Shown: positions 24,103 through 32,224 of the stretch, in pieces
Numbering within the stretch: the first letter of the stretch is position 1
Layout: every line of letters starts with the position of its first letter
Assembly: GCA_028711655.1 (NCBI GenBank)
Contig: JAQTRU010000002.1
Location: 1 to 48,191 of the forward strand
DNA from: Patescibacteria group bacterium
GTDB taxonomy: Bacteria > Patescibacteriota > Patescibacteriia > Patescibacteriales > JAQTRU01
Length of the DNA stretch: 48,191 nt
Direction: 5' to 3'
The notes under the pieces: generated by a model
Databases searched by the model: none
What the model saw: the letters and a program-made list of their open reading frames with translations, nothing else
Told to the model about the DNA's origin: nothing
Made by a program: the position numbers and the translations under genes

Positions 24103-25047
24103 ATGACTATTCAACAAATTTACGATTTAGCGGTGAAGATGGGCATCAAGGCTGACCTTCGCGGCGAGAAAAGAGTCAAAGAAAATTTAGCCAGACTAAA
24201 GGTTAAATACGAAAAAATGAGCAAAGAAGAAAAGGAAGAGTTTGATAAGGAAAAATTAACCAATCCTTATAGCGATTCCCGAATTTTATTTTCCGGCGGG
24301 AAAAAAGAAATAAAAAAAATTCTGGTCGGAATTGATATGGAGGGAGAAGAGCTGCTCCTCGCCGATAAAATGGGCGATATTGATTTGGTAATTGCCCATC
24401 ATCCGGAAGGGCCGGCTTTGGCGGATTTGCACGGGGTAATGGATTTGCAGGCTGAAGTTTTGGCCGGATACGGCGTGCCGATTAATATTGCCGAATCAGT
24501 TATAAAACCCCGAATTTCCGAAGTCGGACGCGGCGTATCTTCGGCTAATCATAACCGCAGCGTTGATATAGCCAAAGTTTTGGGCCTTAATTTTATGTGC
24601 GTCCATACGCCTTGCGATAATTTGGGCGCGAACTATTTGGAAAAATTATTAAAAAAGAGAAAACCGGAGTTTGTTGAAGACATTTTAAAAATTTTAAAAG
24701 AAATTCCGGAGTTTAAGGAGGCGGTTAACCGAAAAGCCGGGCCAAAGCTGTTCGTGGGCAATCCGGAAGACAGGTGCGGCAAGGTGGTAGTGACCGAATT
24801 TACCGGCGGCACTTCCGGCTCCAAAGATATTTACGAAAAAATGTCCCAATACGGAATCGGCACGGTTATTGGCATGCATATGAGTGAAGAACACAGAAAA
24901 GAAGCAGAGAAAGTCCATATCAATGTCGTGATTGCCGGGCATATGGCTTCTGATTCCTTGGGCCTTAATTTATTTTTAGACGAACTGGAAAAGAAAGGCA
25001 TAAAAGTAGTGCCGGTTTCCGGACTGATTAGAGTAAAAAGAAAGTAA
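24103..25047 (+). CDS. NIF3 (DUF34)-like dinuclear metal-centre protein, tentative
   Basis: The spaced motifs VIAHHPEG, CVHTPCDN, TGGTSGS and IAGHMASDSLG follow the NIF3 metal-ligand order. Judged by eye only. Confidence 0.5.
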   Translation: MTIQQIYDLAVKMGIKADLRGEKRVKENLARLKVKYEKMSKEEKEEFDKEKLTNPYSDSRILFSGGKKEIKKILVGIDMEGEELLLADKMGDIDLVIAHHPEGPALADLHGVMDLQAEVLAGYGVPINIAESVIKPRISEVGRGVSSANHNRSVDIAKVLGLNFMCVHTPCDNLGANYLEKLLKKRKPEFVEDILKILKEIPEFKEAVNRKAGPKLFVGNPEDRCGKVVVTEFTGGTSGSKDIYEKMSQYGIGTVIGMHMSEEHRKEAEKVHINVVIAGHMASDSLGLNLFLDELEKKGIKVVPVSGLIRVKRK

Positions 25048-25114
25048 GAAGTGAGAAGTAAGAAGTAAAAAAAGTTAATTATTAATTTTTCATTATTCAT
25101 TATTAATTTTTAAA

Positions 25115-25696
25115 ATGATTTCATATTTAAAAGGAAAAGTTTTAGGCAAGGGGCAGAATTTTGCGATTGTGGAGGTTGGCAATGTCGGCTATAAAGTTTT
25201 TCTAAACTCGGCCGCTTTGCTTAAGGTGGAAATTGGCAAAGAGGTAGAATTGTATACCCATCAGTATGTGCGGGAAGACGCTTTGGATTTATACGGATTC
25301 AAAACTTCGGAAGAACTAGAATTTTTTGAATTATTGCTATCCATTTCCGGAATTGGACCCAAGTCGGCTTTGGGGGTTTTGGCTACTGCCAGCGTGGCTA
25401 ACATAAAGGAATCCATTTCCCGCGGGGATCCATCCCTTTTAACCAAAGTTTCCGGCATTGGCCGGAAAACCGCGGAAAGAGTTGTTTTAGAATTAAGGGA
25501 AAAGATTGACCACTTGTCTTATGCCGGCAAAACAAAAGCGGGTGACGGAGCGGCGGTAAGCGGAGAAGAGATAGACGCTTTAATGGCCCTGGGATATTCT
25601 ATGCAACAGGCGCGGGAAGCTTTAAGGCAGGTGGATGGGAAAATTAAAGACAGCGGCGAAAGAATAAGGCAGGCGCTGAAAAAAATGGGAAGATAA
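25115..25696 (+). CDS. ruvA: Holliday junction branch migration complex subunit RuvA
   Basis: MISYLKGKV...VEVGNVGYKV...LYGF...E..FF..LLSISGIGPKSAL..L (HhH motifs) and VSGIGRKTAERV; 193 aa. Confidence 0.9.
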   Translation: MISYLKGKVLGKGQNFAIVEVGNVGYKVFLNSAALLKVEIGKEVELYTHQYVREDALDLYGFKTSEELEFFELLLSISGIGPKSALGVLATASVANIKESISRGDPSLLTKVSGIGRKTAERVVLELREKIDHLSYAGKTKAGDGAAVSGEEIDALMALGYSMQQAREALRQVDGKIKDSGERIRQALKKMGR

Positions 25697-25765
25697 TAAG
25701 CTGTTAGCTTTTAGGTTTTAGATTTTTATATAAACGGACAGTTCTTTTTAGAAGGGGAGAGAAAA

Positions 25766-25945
25766 ATGAAAAAGTTAATTTTAGTTTTTTTGGCCGTTTT
25801 TTTCTCTTTGTCGGCTTGCGGTTGCGGCATCGGAGCGATTTTTCGCAATTTAACCAACGTCGGTTGCATCCTTCCGCAAGAGGAGGATGACGGAAAGGAG
25901 GATGAGAATAATGCCGGAGACCCTTCAAAAATCGAGGCCCTTTAA
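25766..25945 (+). CDS. unannotated 59-aa lipoprotein candidate
   Basis: MKKLILVFLAVFFSLSACGCG... has signal peptide plus lipobox LSAC, an acidic tail, and SD GAAGGGGAGAG upstream. One codon below the track cutoff. Confidence 0.45.
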   Translation: MKKLILVFLAVFFSLSACGCGIGAIFRNLTNVGCILPQEEDDGKEDENNAGDPSKIEAL

Positions 25946-26075
25946 CGGCCATGATTCTCCGCCCACCCTTGGCGTATTGCCGAAGCAGGGCAAGAAGCTT
26001 CTCACTTTAATTATTGAGACATTAGAAAGCGGGGAAGGCGAGAAGGACGCTGAAAACAATAACGGACAGGGGTAA
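25911..26075 (+). CDS. possible 54-aa ORF overlapping the lipoprotein 3' end
   Basis: AAAGGAGGA lies 8 nt upstream of ATG 25911 (MPETLQKSRPFNGHDSPPTLGVLPKQGKKLLTLIIETLESGEGEKDAENNNGQG). No recognisable family. Confidence 0.25.
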   Translation: MPETLQKSRPFNGHDSPPTLGVLPKQGKKLLTLIIETLESGEGEKDAENNNGQG

Positions 26076-26120
26076 AACGGAGATAATCATGCGAAGTGAA
26101 GCAAGAGAGTTGGAGCTTAA

Positions 26121-26174
26121 AAGACCTAGACTGTGTTTCTAAAAAAGAAACAAAAACAGCCTAGGTCTTATTTT
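26121..26174 (+). terminator. intrinsic terminator closing the small-ORF unit
   Basis: AAGACCTAG (26121-26129) pairs with CTAGGTCTT (26161-26169), with an inner GTTTC/GAAAC stem and a TATTTT tail. Confidence 0.5.
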
Positions 26175-26201
26175 GACAAGAAGAGGTTTTTAAGATAAAA
26201 T
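26173..26201 (+). promoter_or_regulatory. sigma70-type promoter upstream of proS
   Basis: TTGACA (26173-26178), 17-nt spacer, TAAAAT (26196-26201). The 60-nt leader holds the palindrome TGTATAAAA-A-TTTTATACA (26232-26250). Confidence 0.5.
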
Positions 26202-26261
26202 AATTACATATAAATAGCTTTAAAATAGGCCTGTATAAAAATTTTATACACATACAATTAT

Positions 26262-27515
26262 ATGCTTCAATCAAAACTTTTTACTAAAACCGTAAAGGAA
26301 TTGCCAAAAGATGAAACTAGTTTTAACGCCAAAGAATTGATTCGGGCTGGCTTTATAGACAAGCTGGCGGCCGGGGTTTATTCTTTTTTGCCTTTGGGTT
26401 TGCGCGTGCACGAAAAAATTTTTCGGATCATCCGGGAGGAGATGAATGCGATTGGCGGGCAGGAAATTTTAATGCCGGCCTTAATCCCGAAAGAAAGCTG
26501 GACGACAACCAACCGCTGGGAAAATTTTGACGCTCTATTTAAATTAGCCGGAGGAGACAAAAAAGAATACGGCCTGGGAGCGACGCACGAAGAAGTCGTA
26601 ACGCCTTTGGCAAAGAAATTTGTTTTTTCCTATAAAGACCTGCCCGCGGCTGTTTATCAGATTCAGACCAAATTCAGGAACGAACTTCGGCCCAAAGCGG
26701 GTTTAATAAGAGGCCGGGAATTTTCCATGAAAGATTTGTATTCTTTTCATACGGACGAAAAAGATTTAGATAAATTTTATGAAATAGCGATTGAAAGCTA
26801 TTTTAAAATACTTGCCCGTTGCGGATTAGGCAGGCTTACTTATTTGACTTACGCTTCGGGCGGGACTTTTTCCAAGTATTCCCACGAATTCCAAACTTTG
26901 GCCAAAACCGGAGAAGATACTATTTATCTTTGCGAAAAATGCAAGGTTGCCGTAAACAAAGAAATTATTGAAGAGCAAAAAGTCTGCCCAAAATGCGGGA
27001 AAAAAGATTTCCGGGAAGAAAAAGCGGTTGAAGTGGGGAATATTTTTAAATTAGACACTCGTTTTTCCAGGCCTTTCGGTTTTTCTTATATGGATGAAAA
27101 AGGGAAAAAACAAGATGTGGTTATGGGTTGTTATGGGATTGGCCCGAGCCGTTTAATGGGGACGATCGTGGAAGTCTGCCATGACGAGAAAGGCATAATT
27201 TGGCCGGAAGAAATTGCCCCGTTCCTGGTTCATCTGATTGAAGTGAGAAGCAAAGAAGCAAAAATTAAAAAGGAAGCGGAAAAATTGTATGAAGATTTGG
27301 AAAAAGCCGGGGCTGAAGTTCTGTATGATGACCGGGAGGACGTTAGCGCCGGACAAAAATTTGCGGACGCAGATTTAATTGGCTGCCCGTATCGGTTAGT
27401 CGTGAGCGAGAAAACTTTAGAAAAAGATAGCGTGGAAGTGAAGAGACGTGGTGAAGAGGAAGTGGAGTTAGTAAAGATTAGTGAAATTGCAAAATACATA
27501 ACACATAACGCGTAA
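26262..27515 (+). CDS. proS: proline--tRNA ligase, short form lacking the INS editing domain
   Basis: Bacterial-type N-terminus (LFTKTVKELPKDETSFNAKELIRAGFIDKLAAGVYSFLPLGLRV), class II motifs 2 and 3, C-terminal anticodon-binding domain. Only 417 aa; CEKCKVAVNKE...CPKCGKKDF sits where INS normally lies. Confidence 0.85.
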   Translation: MLQSKLFTKTVKELPKDETSFNAKELIRAGFIDKLAAGVYSFLPLGLRVHEKIFRIIREEMNAIGGQEILMPALIPKESWTTTNRWENFDALFKLAGGDKKEYGLGATHEEVVTPLAKKFVFSYKDLPAAVYQIQTKFRNELRPKAGLIRGREFSMKDLYSFHTDEKDLDKFYEIAIESYFKILARCGLGRLTYLTYASGGTFSKYSHEFQTLAKTGEDTIYLCEKCKVAVNKEIIEEQKVCPKCGKKDFREEKAVEVGNIFKLDTRFSRPFGFSYMDEKGKKQDVVMGCYGIGPSRLMGTIVEVCHDEKGIIWPEEIAPFLVHLIEVRSKEAKIKKEAEKLYEDLEKAGAEVLYDDREDVSAGQKFADADLIGCPYRLVVSEKTLEKDSVEVKRRGEEEVELVKISEIAKYITHNA

Positions 27516-27596
27516 CGTGTAACGTATAACGCATATCTCATATCTCGTATCGCACAATGCATAAGCGTTATGCGATACGCGTTATGAGTTACGCGA
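27496..27596. repeat. array of CATAACG/CGTTATG-type heptamer units forming a long imperfect inverted repeat
   Basis: ACATAACACATAACGCGTAACGTGTAACGTATAACGCATATC...GCATAAGCGTTATGCGATACGCGTTATGAGTTACGCG. It overlaps the last codons of proS (ITHNA*) and ends 4 nt before the mreB ATG. Confidence 0.75.
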
Positions 27597-27600
27597 AATT

Positions 27601-28644
27601 ATGTTTAATAAAATTTTAGGAAAATTCAGCAAGGATTTGGGTATTGACTTGGGCACAAAAAATACCTTGGTTTATTCCAATGACAAAGGCATAGTTATAA
27701 ATGAACCGTCGGTAGTGGCCGTTAATATGAGGACGGACGAGGTTTTGGCGGTTGGCGAAGAAGCGAAAAAAATGATCGGGAAAACCCCGGCGCATATTCA
27801 GGCCATAAAACCCCTAGTAGACGGGGTGATTTCCGATTTCGAGGTGACGGAAAAGATGCTTAAATATTTCATTGATAAAGCCCATGGCGAGAGTTTCGTT
27901 TTGGTCCCCCGCCCGAGGGTGGTAATAGGCATCCCTTTGGACATTACGGAAGTGGAAAGAAAAGCCGTGGAAGATGCGGCCAAATCAGCCGGCGCTCGCC
28001 AAGTTTTTTTAGTGGAAGAATCAATGGCGGCGGCCATTGGCGCCCGGCTGCCGGTAGTTGAATCAATCGCGACGATGGTGGTTGACATTGGGGGAGGCAC
28101 GACCGAGATCGCCGTTATTTCCTTGGGCGGAGTGGTAACCTGGAAGTCTTTGCGGCTGGCCGGAAACGAGCTTGATAATAATATCATTGAATATATCAGG
28201 GAGGAATTTAATATTTTAGTCGGGGAGCAGTTGGCCGAGGAAGTAAAAGTCAAGATCGGTTCAGCCGTTTCCCTAAAAAGTCCTTTGGAAATAGAAGTAA
28301 GAGGCAGGGATTTGATAAATGGTTTGCCAAAGGCGGTAACAATAAGCGACGCCCAGGTCAGGGAAGCGATGAGCCGGACAATAAAACAGATTATTGACAA
28401 TATAAAAATAACCCTGGAAACTACCCCGCCGGAATTGGTTTCCGATATTTATGAACACGGAATATTTTTAACCGGCGGCGGGGCTTTGCTGCGGGGGCTT
28501 GATAAAGAAATCGCGCAAAATACAAAAATTCCGGTAAGGGTGGCCGACGACCCTTTAACCTGCGTGGTCAGGGGAACAGGGATTCTTCTTAATGACCGGG
28601 AATTGTTAGACAAGATAGTTTTACCTTCAAGCGAGGAATTATAG
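27601..28644 (+). CDS. mreB: rod shape-determining actin homologue MreB
   Basis: DLGIDLGTKNTLVY, VVDIGGGTTEIAVISLGG and GIFLTGGGALLRGLD. Confidence 0.95.
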   Translation: MFNKILGKFSKDLGIDLGTKNTLVYSNDKGIVINEPSVVAVNMRTDEVLAVGEEAKKMIGKTPAHIQAIKPLVDGVISDFEVTEKMLKYFIDKAHGESFVLVPRPRVVIGIPLDITEVERKAVEDAAKSAGARQVFLVEESMAAAIGARLPVVESIATMVVDIGGGTTEIAVISLGGVVTWKSLRLAGNELDNNIIEYIREEFNILVGEQLAEEVKVKIGSAVSLKSPLEIEVRGRDLINGLPKAVTISDAQVREAMSRTIKQIIDNIKITLETTPPELVSDIYEHGIFLTGGGALLRGLDKEIAQNTKIPVRVADDPLTCVVRGTGILLNDRELLDKIVLPSSEEL

Positions 28645-28680
28645 ATTACAAATTACAAATTTTGTACAAATATACAAATT

Positions 28681-29077
28681 ATGGGAAATAATTTTTTTTG
28701 GCGTAATTATTGAGGAAAGCCTTGAGAATAAAGACATTCTTAAAAAGATTGAGATTATAGAAACTAAAATTGAAGAAGTTGCAATTAAGCATCAAACTCC
28801 GTGGCTGAAAAAATGGACTTTGCTTACGGTTGAGATTGGACAAAACGAGGTAGAAAAAATCGCAAAAAAACTTAGCCGATCGCTGGAGTCTAAACATGCT
28901 TGGTATGCAGATTTTAAAAATAAAATTTATCATTATATAATTTTTCGAAATAAAATTTTTCGTATAGATAGGAATAGTCAGAAAGAATACGACCAAGCGA
29001 AACAATATGGCATTTCCTTGGGGATACCCGAGTACCAGGTTGATTTTCATCCCGAAGTGGAAGAATGGAAAAGATAA
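28681..29077 (+). pseudogene. small gene between mreB and mreC interrupted by a frameshift in a T8 tract
   Basis: ATG 28681 reads MGNNFF and stops at 28711-28713. The +1 frame is open from before 28700 to 29077 (GVIIEESLENKDILKKIEIIETKIEEVAIKHQTPWLKKWTLLTVEIGQ...EVEEWKR) with no ATG/GTG/TTG before TTG 28820. Seven T instead of eight at 28692-28699 would give one ORF of about 131 aa. Confidence 0.45.
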
Positions 29078-29152
29078 TTTTATATTATTTCCTGCCAAAG
29101 ATTGTCGCGCCAGCCAGAGGCTGGTCAGCTTTTGGCTGATATTATTTAGCAT

Positions 29153-30001
29153 ATGTTAAGAATGAAATCAAAAAATAATATTTTTATATTGGCGGCAGTT
29201 ATTGGGCTGCTTATTTTTTTGCACTTTATCAAAATTTTATCTCCTTTGGAGGATATAATTATAAGGTCAATAAGCCCGTTTGCCAGCCGGATTTATTCTA
29301 CAAGCTTTTCCTTGCGGCTGGCATTGAGCGAACGGTCGGATAGGGAAGAATTATCGGCCGTCTTGAAAGATATTCAAGCCGAAATGAATCAGATTAAGGC
29401 GGAAAACTCCAGGCTTAAATCAATTGAAGAAGAAAATGAAAAATTGCGCCAGTATTTAAAATTTTCCACGAAAAAAGAGTATAATTATGTCTTGGCCAAT
29501 GTTGTTTCCCGAGGCATGTTTGTTGATTCAATAGGGGGAGAACAGAGCATAATTATTGATAAGGGAGCCGCGGATTCTTTAACGGTTAATTTAGCCGCGG
29601 TAAACAGCCAGGGAATTGTTGTTGGCAAAATAGCGGAGGTAAAAGGCAATACGGCAAAAATTTACTTTATCACCAGCGGCAATTGTAAACTGGCCGCGGC
29701 TATTCAGGAAGGGGAGAATGGGCAAGGCGGCGCAAACAAAACTATCGGCATTGCGGAGGGAGAATTGGGCCTCACCATAAAAATGGATTTTATTCCCCAG
29801 GCTGAGAAGATAAAAGTTGGCGATACGGTAGTGACTTCCGGTTTAGAGGAGGATATTCCGGCCGGGTTGATAATAGGCAGGGTGGTTCAAGTGGATAGAA
29901 CCAGCAACGAGATCTGGCAAAAAGCGACGATTGAGCCCTTGGTAAATCTAAACGAACTCACAATAATTTCCATTTTGCGGCCGCAAGGAATGAAATTTTA
30001 A
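29153..30001 (+). CDS. mreC: rod shape-determining protein MreC
   Basis: N-terminal TM, coiled coil (LKDIQAEMNQIKAENSRLKSIEEENEKLRQYL), then beta-barrel repeats (VVGKI.EV..N.AKI, GDTVVTSGLEEDIPAGLIIGRV). Confidence 0.8.
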   Translation: MLRMKSKNNIFILAAVIGLLIFLHFIKILSPLEDIIIRSISPFASRIYSTSFSLRLALSERSDREELSAVLKDIQAEMNQIKAENSRLKSIEEENEKLRQYLKFSTKKEYNYVLANVVSRGMFVDSIGGEQSIIIDKGAADSLTVNLAAVNSQGIVVGKIAEVKGNTAKIYFITSGNCKLAAAIQEGENGQGGANKTIGIAEGELGLTIKMDFIPQAEKIKVGDTVVTSGLEEDIPAGLIIGRVVQVDRTSNEIWQKATIEPLVNLNELTIISILRPQGMKF

Positions 30002-30009
30002 AGAAAAAT

Positions 30010-30549
30010 ATGTATTTAAAGATTTTTCTTAATTTAATTTTGGTATATGTTTTAGCCGTTATTCAGGTATCTTTTGTCGCCGCCCTGCCTTTGGGAATGA
30101 GTAACCTTAATTTAATTTTAATTTTTCTGATTTTCATCCTTATGCTTAGCGGTTTTAGGCTTTCTTTGGGCTGGGCGGCCGGCGCCGGGTTTTTGCTTGA
30201 TGCTTATTCTTTTTCTCCTTTCGGCGTTTATTTGATTTCCTTGTTTTTCACAGTCCTGCTGGCCAATTTTCTTTTGGCTAATTTTTTTACCGACCGCTCT
30301 CTTTATTCTTTTATGGCTTTAACTTTTTTTTCCACTCTTTTTTACAGTCTTCTTTTTTATTTTTTGGTTTATTTATTTAGTTTTCCGGAGATAAAAATAA
30401 ATTTTTTGAGGGCCGGAGATTTTTGGTCTGCTTTGGTTTACCAATTATTTTTTAATTTACTGTCCGTATTTTTACTTTTTTATATTGTTAGTTTCGCCAG
30501 CAAAAGATTAAAGCCGGTATTTTTAGAGAGGCCCTCCGGGCATTTATAA
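30010..30549 (+). CDS. mreD: MreD-like polytopic membrane protein
   Basis: About five TM helices, 179 aa, located immediately after mreC. Confidence 0.65.
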   Translation: MYLKIFLNLILVYVLAVIQVSFVAALPLGMSNLNLILIFLIFILMLSGFRLSLGWAAGAGFLLDAYSFSPFGVYLISLFFTVLLANFLLANFFTDRSLYSFMALTFFSTLFYSLLFYFLVYLFSFPEIKINFLRAGDFWSALVYQLFFNLLSVFLLFYIVSFASKRLKPVFLERPSGHL

Positions 30550-30711
30550 TTCAATCATCGCAATAACGCTTTATACTCCCGCAGGAATGTGTTAAAATTA
30601 TATTATAAGCCTTTATCCTATCTGGTGATAAATTTATAATAAGTATTAAAAAATTTTGTCAATTTTTATTAATTAACACATTGATAAATAGGCAAAAATC
30701 AAACAATTGCT

Positions 30712-31698
30712 ATGAAATACGACATGATCACTATTGGCGGAGCCACCGAGGATATAACTTTTTACACCCATGAAGGAATTTTAATGGACAACAAAAGGGA
30801 TATTTTAAGGCAGAAATTGCTGGCCTTTGAATATGGCGCCAAAATGAAAATTGATAAATCTTACTCCACTTTCGGCGGCGGGGCGGCCAACGGAGCGGTT
30901 AACTTCGCTGGGCTGGGATTTCGGGTGGCGAGCTTAATCGCTGTTGGCGATGATGAAAGGGGCCAGAGGGTTTTGGCTAATTTGAAGAAGCATAAGGTAG
31001 ATACGAGATTAGCGCAAAAAGTAAAAGGCATTGAAACCGGCTTTTCTTTTATCCTGATCAACCCGGAGAAAATCGTTTTTTCCGACCGGGCAGCGAACTC
31101 GGAATTAAGAATTAAGAAGTTAGAATTAAGAAGTTTGAGGAATTCCAAATGGGCTTTTATAACTTCTTTGTCGGGGAAATGGGAGGAAGTTTTGGCTAAA
31201 TCATTCTCGGTCAAGGGATTGAAAACCGCCTGGAACCCGGGGCATGCCCAGCTTCATGGAGGCATAAAAAAATTGAAGAAATTTATAGCCAAAACCGATG
31301 TTTTTTTTGTCAATAAAGACGAGGCCATAGAATTGGTTGTGTCCGACCCCGGATATAAAAACAAACCCCATAAGTTTTTAAATAATATAAAAGAATTATT
31401 AAAAATCATAAAAGCCTGGGGTCCGGAAATTGTGGTCATAACTAACGGCAAACACGGCGCGGACGCCTATGACGGAAGAAAATTTTACCACCAAAACATC
31501 TTAAAAGAAAAAAAGCGGGTTGACACCACCGGCGTAGGCGATGCTTTCAATTCTTCATTCGTGGCCGGGTTAGAACTTTATAAAGGCGATATTGCCAAGG
31601 CTATGCATTTGGGCATAAGAAATACGGCTTCGGTTATTGCCGAGCAGGGAGCGCAGAATGGGCTGCTCAAGAAAAAAGATTTAAGAATTAAGATTTAA
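30712..31698 (+). CDS. PfkB-family carbohydrate kinase (ribokinase-like)
   Basis: N-terminal GGAANGAVNFAGLG and C-terminal DTTGVGDAFNSSFVAG motifs. Contains the repeat-encoded segment SELRIKKLELRSLRNS. Confidence 0.8.
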   Translation: MKYDMITIGGATEDITFYTHEGILMDNKRDILRQKLLAFEYGAKMKIDKSYSTFGGGAANGAVNFAGLGFRVASLIAVGDDERGQRVLANLKKHKVDTRLAQKVKGIETGFSFILINPEKIVFSDRAANSELRIKKLELRSLRNSKWAFITSLSGKWEEVLAKSFSVKGLKTAWNPGHAQLHGGIKKLKKFIAKTDVFFVNKDEAIELVVSDPGYKNKPHKFLNNIKELLKIIKAWGPEIVVITNGKHGADAYDGRKFYHQNILKEKKRVDTTGVGDAFNSSFVAGLELYKGDIAKAMHLGIRNTASVIAEQGAQNGLLKKKDLRIKI

Positions 31699-31709
31699 GA
31701 ATTAAGAAT
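31676..31709. repeat. AAGAATTAAGA tandem units at the pfkB 3' end and spacer
   Basis: AAGATTTAAGAATTAAGATTTAAGAATTAAGAAT. The same unit occurs inside pfkB at 31102-31137 (GAATTAAGAATTAAGAAGTTAGAATTAAGAAG). Confidence 0.7.
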
Positions 31710-32162
31710 ATGATAGAAGGTGTCATTATAAAAAAATTAAAAAAATTTGAGGACGAACGAGGCTGGCTGGCGGAAATTTTTCGGCAGGATGAAGATGGTT
31801 TTTTGCCGGCGATGAGCTATATTAGCTTGACTAAGCCGGGTGTAACGCGCGGACCGCATGAGCATGTTCGTCAATCCGACCGGTTCGTTTTTGTCGGGCC
31901 GGGTAGTTTTGAACTTTATCTTTGGGACAGGCGGGAGAATTCCAAGACCAAGGGCGAAAGCATGAGATTGGAGGTTGGGGCGTCAAATCCTGTTTTAGTG
32001 ATTGTGCCCCCGGGAGTGGCGCATGGCTATAAATGCGTTTCCGCCGAAGAAGGGATGAGCATTAATTTACCGGATAAATTATACAAAGGCGAGGAGAAAA
32101 AAGAAGAAGTTGACGAGATTAGATGGGAGGATAGACAAGACTCGCCCTATAAAATTATATAA
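31710..32162 (+). CDS. RmlC-like cupin (dTDP-4-dehydrorhamnose 3,5-epimerase family, short form)
   Basis: KKFEDERGWLAEIFRQDE, RGPHEHVRQSDRFVFV, VPPGVAHGY; 150 aa. Confidence 0.65.
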   Translation: MIEGVIIKKLKKFEDERGWLAEIFRQDEDGFLPAMSYISLTKPGVTRGPHEHVRQSDRFVFVGPGSFELYLWDRRENSKTKGESMRLEVGASNPVLVIVPPGVAHGYKCVSAEEGMSINLPDKLYKGEEKKEEVDEIRWEDRQDSPYKII

Positions 32163-32170
32163 CCTGCCTC

Positions 32171-32206
32171 GCCGCCTGCCTGTCCGGTAGGCGGGGCAGG
32201 CGGGCG
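32171..32206. repeat. degenerate copy of the GCCTGCC/GGCAGGC hairpin
   Basis: GCCGCCTGCCTGTCCGGTAGGCGGGGCAGGCGGGCG forms an imperfect stem (7 bp plus 4 bp with a bulge). Confidence 0.6.
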
Positions 32207-32224
32207 CGCATTTCATATCGTTTT

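Noticed and set aside
25704-25952. 82-aa minus-strand ORF, plus the 25887 start of the + ORF
   Set aside because: The minus ORF is Arg/Lys/Pro-rich with no signals. The + strand has an SD-led lipoprotein ORF and a second SD-led start at 25911.
27798-28400. 200-aa minus-strand ORF
   Set aside because: It lies entirely antisense to mreB, whose + strand translation carries all actin-fold motifs; this is a shadow ORF.
28679-29152. 157-aa minus-strand ORF
   Set aside because: The product is a Phe/Asn/Leu-rich translation of AT-rich DNA with no start context. The + strand holds a more protein-like frame (the frameshifted small gene).
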